Shown piece by piece: positions 62,911-64,000 of a stretch of DNA of 64,000 nt (positions are counted from its first letter, which is position 1; the number at the start of each line of letters is the position of its first letter). The notes beneath the pieces are model-generated. The model did no database searches. It was not told the origin of the DNA and saw only the letters and a program-made list of their open reading frames with translations. This DNA is from Sminthopsis crassicaudata (Eukaryota), in the NCBI RefSeq assembly GCF_048593235.1, contig NC_133620.1, positions 455,605,261-455,669,260 of the forward strand, in the 5' to 3' direction. The position numbers and the translations under genes were made by a program.

Positions 62911-63149
62911 GTCAGGTCTGTTTGGTTTTTTGTTTTGTTTTGCTTTTCATTTGGGATTAAGTGATCTTACCCACCCAAAGTATGTTTGAGGGCAGATTTG
63001 AACTCAGGTCCTCTTGACTCCAAGACCAATGTGATACCTAGCTGTCCCAAGGTAGAATAATTTGGAAATGGCCAGGAAATGACAAAGACCTGATTCTGGT
63101 CAAAATAAAGAAACACCTCCCTTATCAATCTTCAAATTTTTTAAAAAAC

Positions 63150-64000
63150 ACATTTTGCCCATTACACATAAAAACAATTTTTAATGTTCATTATTTTAAA
63201 TCATGGGTTCCAAATTTTTCTTTCCCTGTACCCCCTGCTTCAATGAGAAGGCAAGCAGTTTGATAGAAGTTATACCTGTGCAATCTATTAGTTATCTTAT
63301 AAAAGAAAATATAGGATATCCCTCCCCCCAACAAATAACAAGAAAAATAAAGTTTAAAAAAAGTATGCACTCAGGCTTTATCAGTTCTTTCTCTAGAGGT
63401 GGAGGACATTTCTCATCATGAATCCTTCAGAACTGTCTTAGAGCTTAAGAGTGCTGAGAATCGCTAAGTTATTCACAGTTGATTTGATACAATCTTGCTG
63501 TTACTGTATACAGTGTTCTCCTGGTTCTCTCACTTCGCTCTACATCAATTAGTATGAATCTTTCCAGTTTTTCTGAAATCGTCCTGTTTGTCATTTTGTT
63601 TAGCACAATAGTATTCATATTTGTTCAGTCATTTCCCAATTGATGGGGATCCCCTTCAATTTCCAGTTCTTTGCCACTATAAATATTTGGATATATCTAA
63701 GTCTGTTTCCTTTTTTAAAATCACTTTGGGTTACCACTAGGTAGTGGTAGTACTGCTGGTCAAAGGATATACACAGTTTTATCGCTCTTTGGGCATAGTT
63801 AGAAATTGTTCTCCAGAATGGTTGGATCAGTCCACAACTCCACTAACAGTAAACTAGTGCTCAGTTCTGCCGTGTCCCTTCCAATATTTGTCATTTTCTT
63901 ATCTGTCATATTAGCCAACTGATAAGTGTGAAAGGGTACCACAAAGTTGTTTTAATTTGCATTTCTATAATCAATTCTGATTGAGGGTATCTCCCTCCAT
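63150..64000 (-). mobile_element. Older L1 fragment, antisense, running off the window
   Basis: Marsupial L1 3' region motifs (cattctccaattgatggg-like, tccagaatggttggatcagtccacaactccactaac, cacaaagttgttttaatttgcatttct). Confidence 0.65.

Overview
Mammalian genomic window with a marsupial repeat signature (WSINE1-like tRNA/CORE-SINEs, marsupial L1 3' ends, OC1-type hAT MITEs), most likely an Australian dasyurid; the species call is inference. It holds three protein-coding genes, all reconstructed by hand with GT-AG junctions and consistent phases. (1) The last two coding exons of serine racemase SRR (+, stop at 507). (2) The complete 15-exon ribosome biogenesis gene TSR1 (-, 9697 to 608, 2412 nt, 803 aa), whose introns 9 and 10 each host a SNORD91-family C/D snoRNA. 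(3) SGSM2 exons 1-17 (+, ATG 12063, 702 codons; the gene runs off the window), head-to-head with TSR1 across a CpG island. The rest is intronic repeats, microsatellites and a 185-N gap. Nearly all ORFs in the supplied track are spurious or exon read-through. No wholly new gene system is evident. The most interesting observations are an L1 insertion whose target-site duplication copied the TSR1 exon 7 splice acceptor; reciprocal SRR/TSR1 3' overlap in which each poly(A) signal sits in the partner's polypyrimidine tract; absence of the SRR C-terminal PDZ-binding motif; two differently deleted OC1-like MITEs; a strand-biased hairpin cluster in TSR1 intron 5; and a strong-Kozak uORF upstream of SGSM2.
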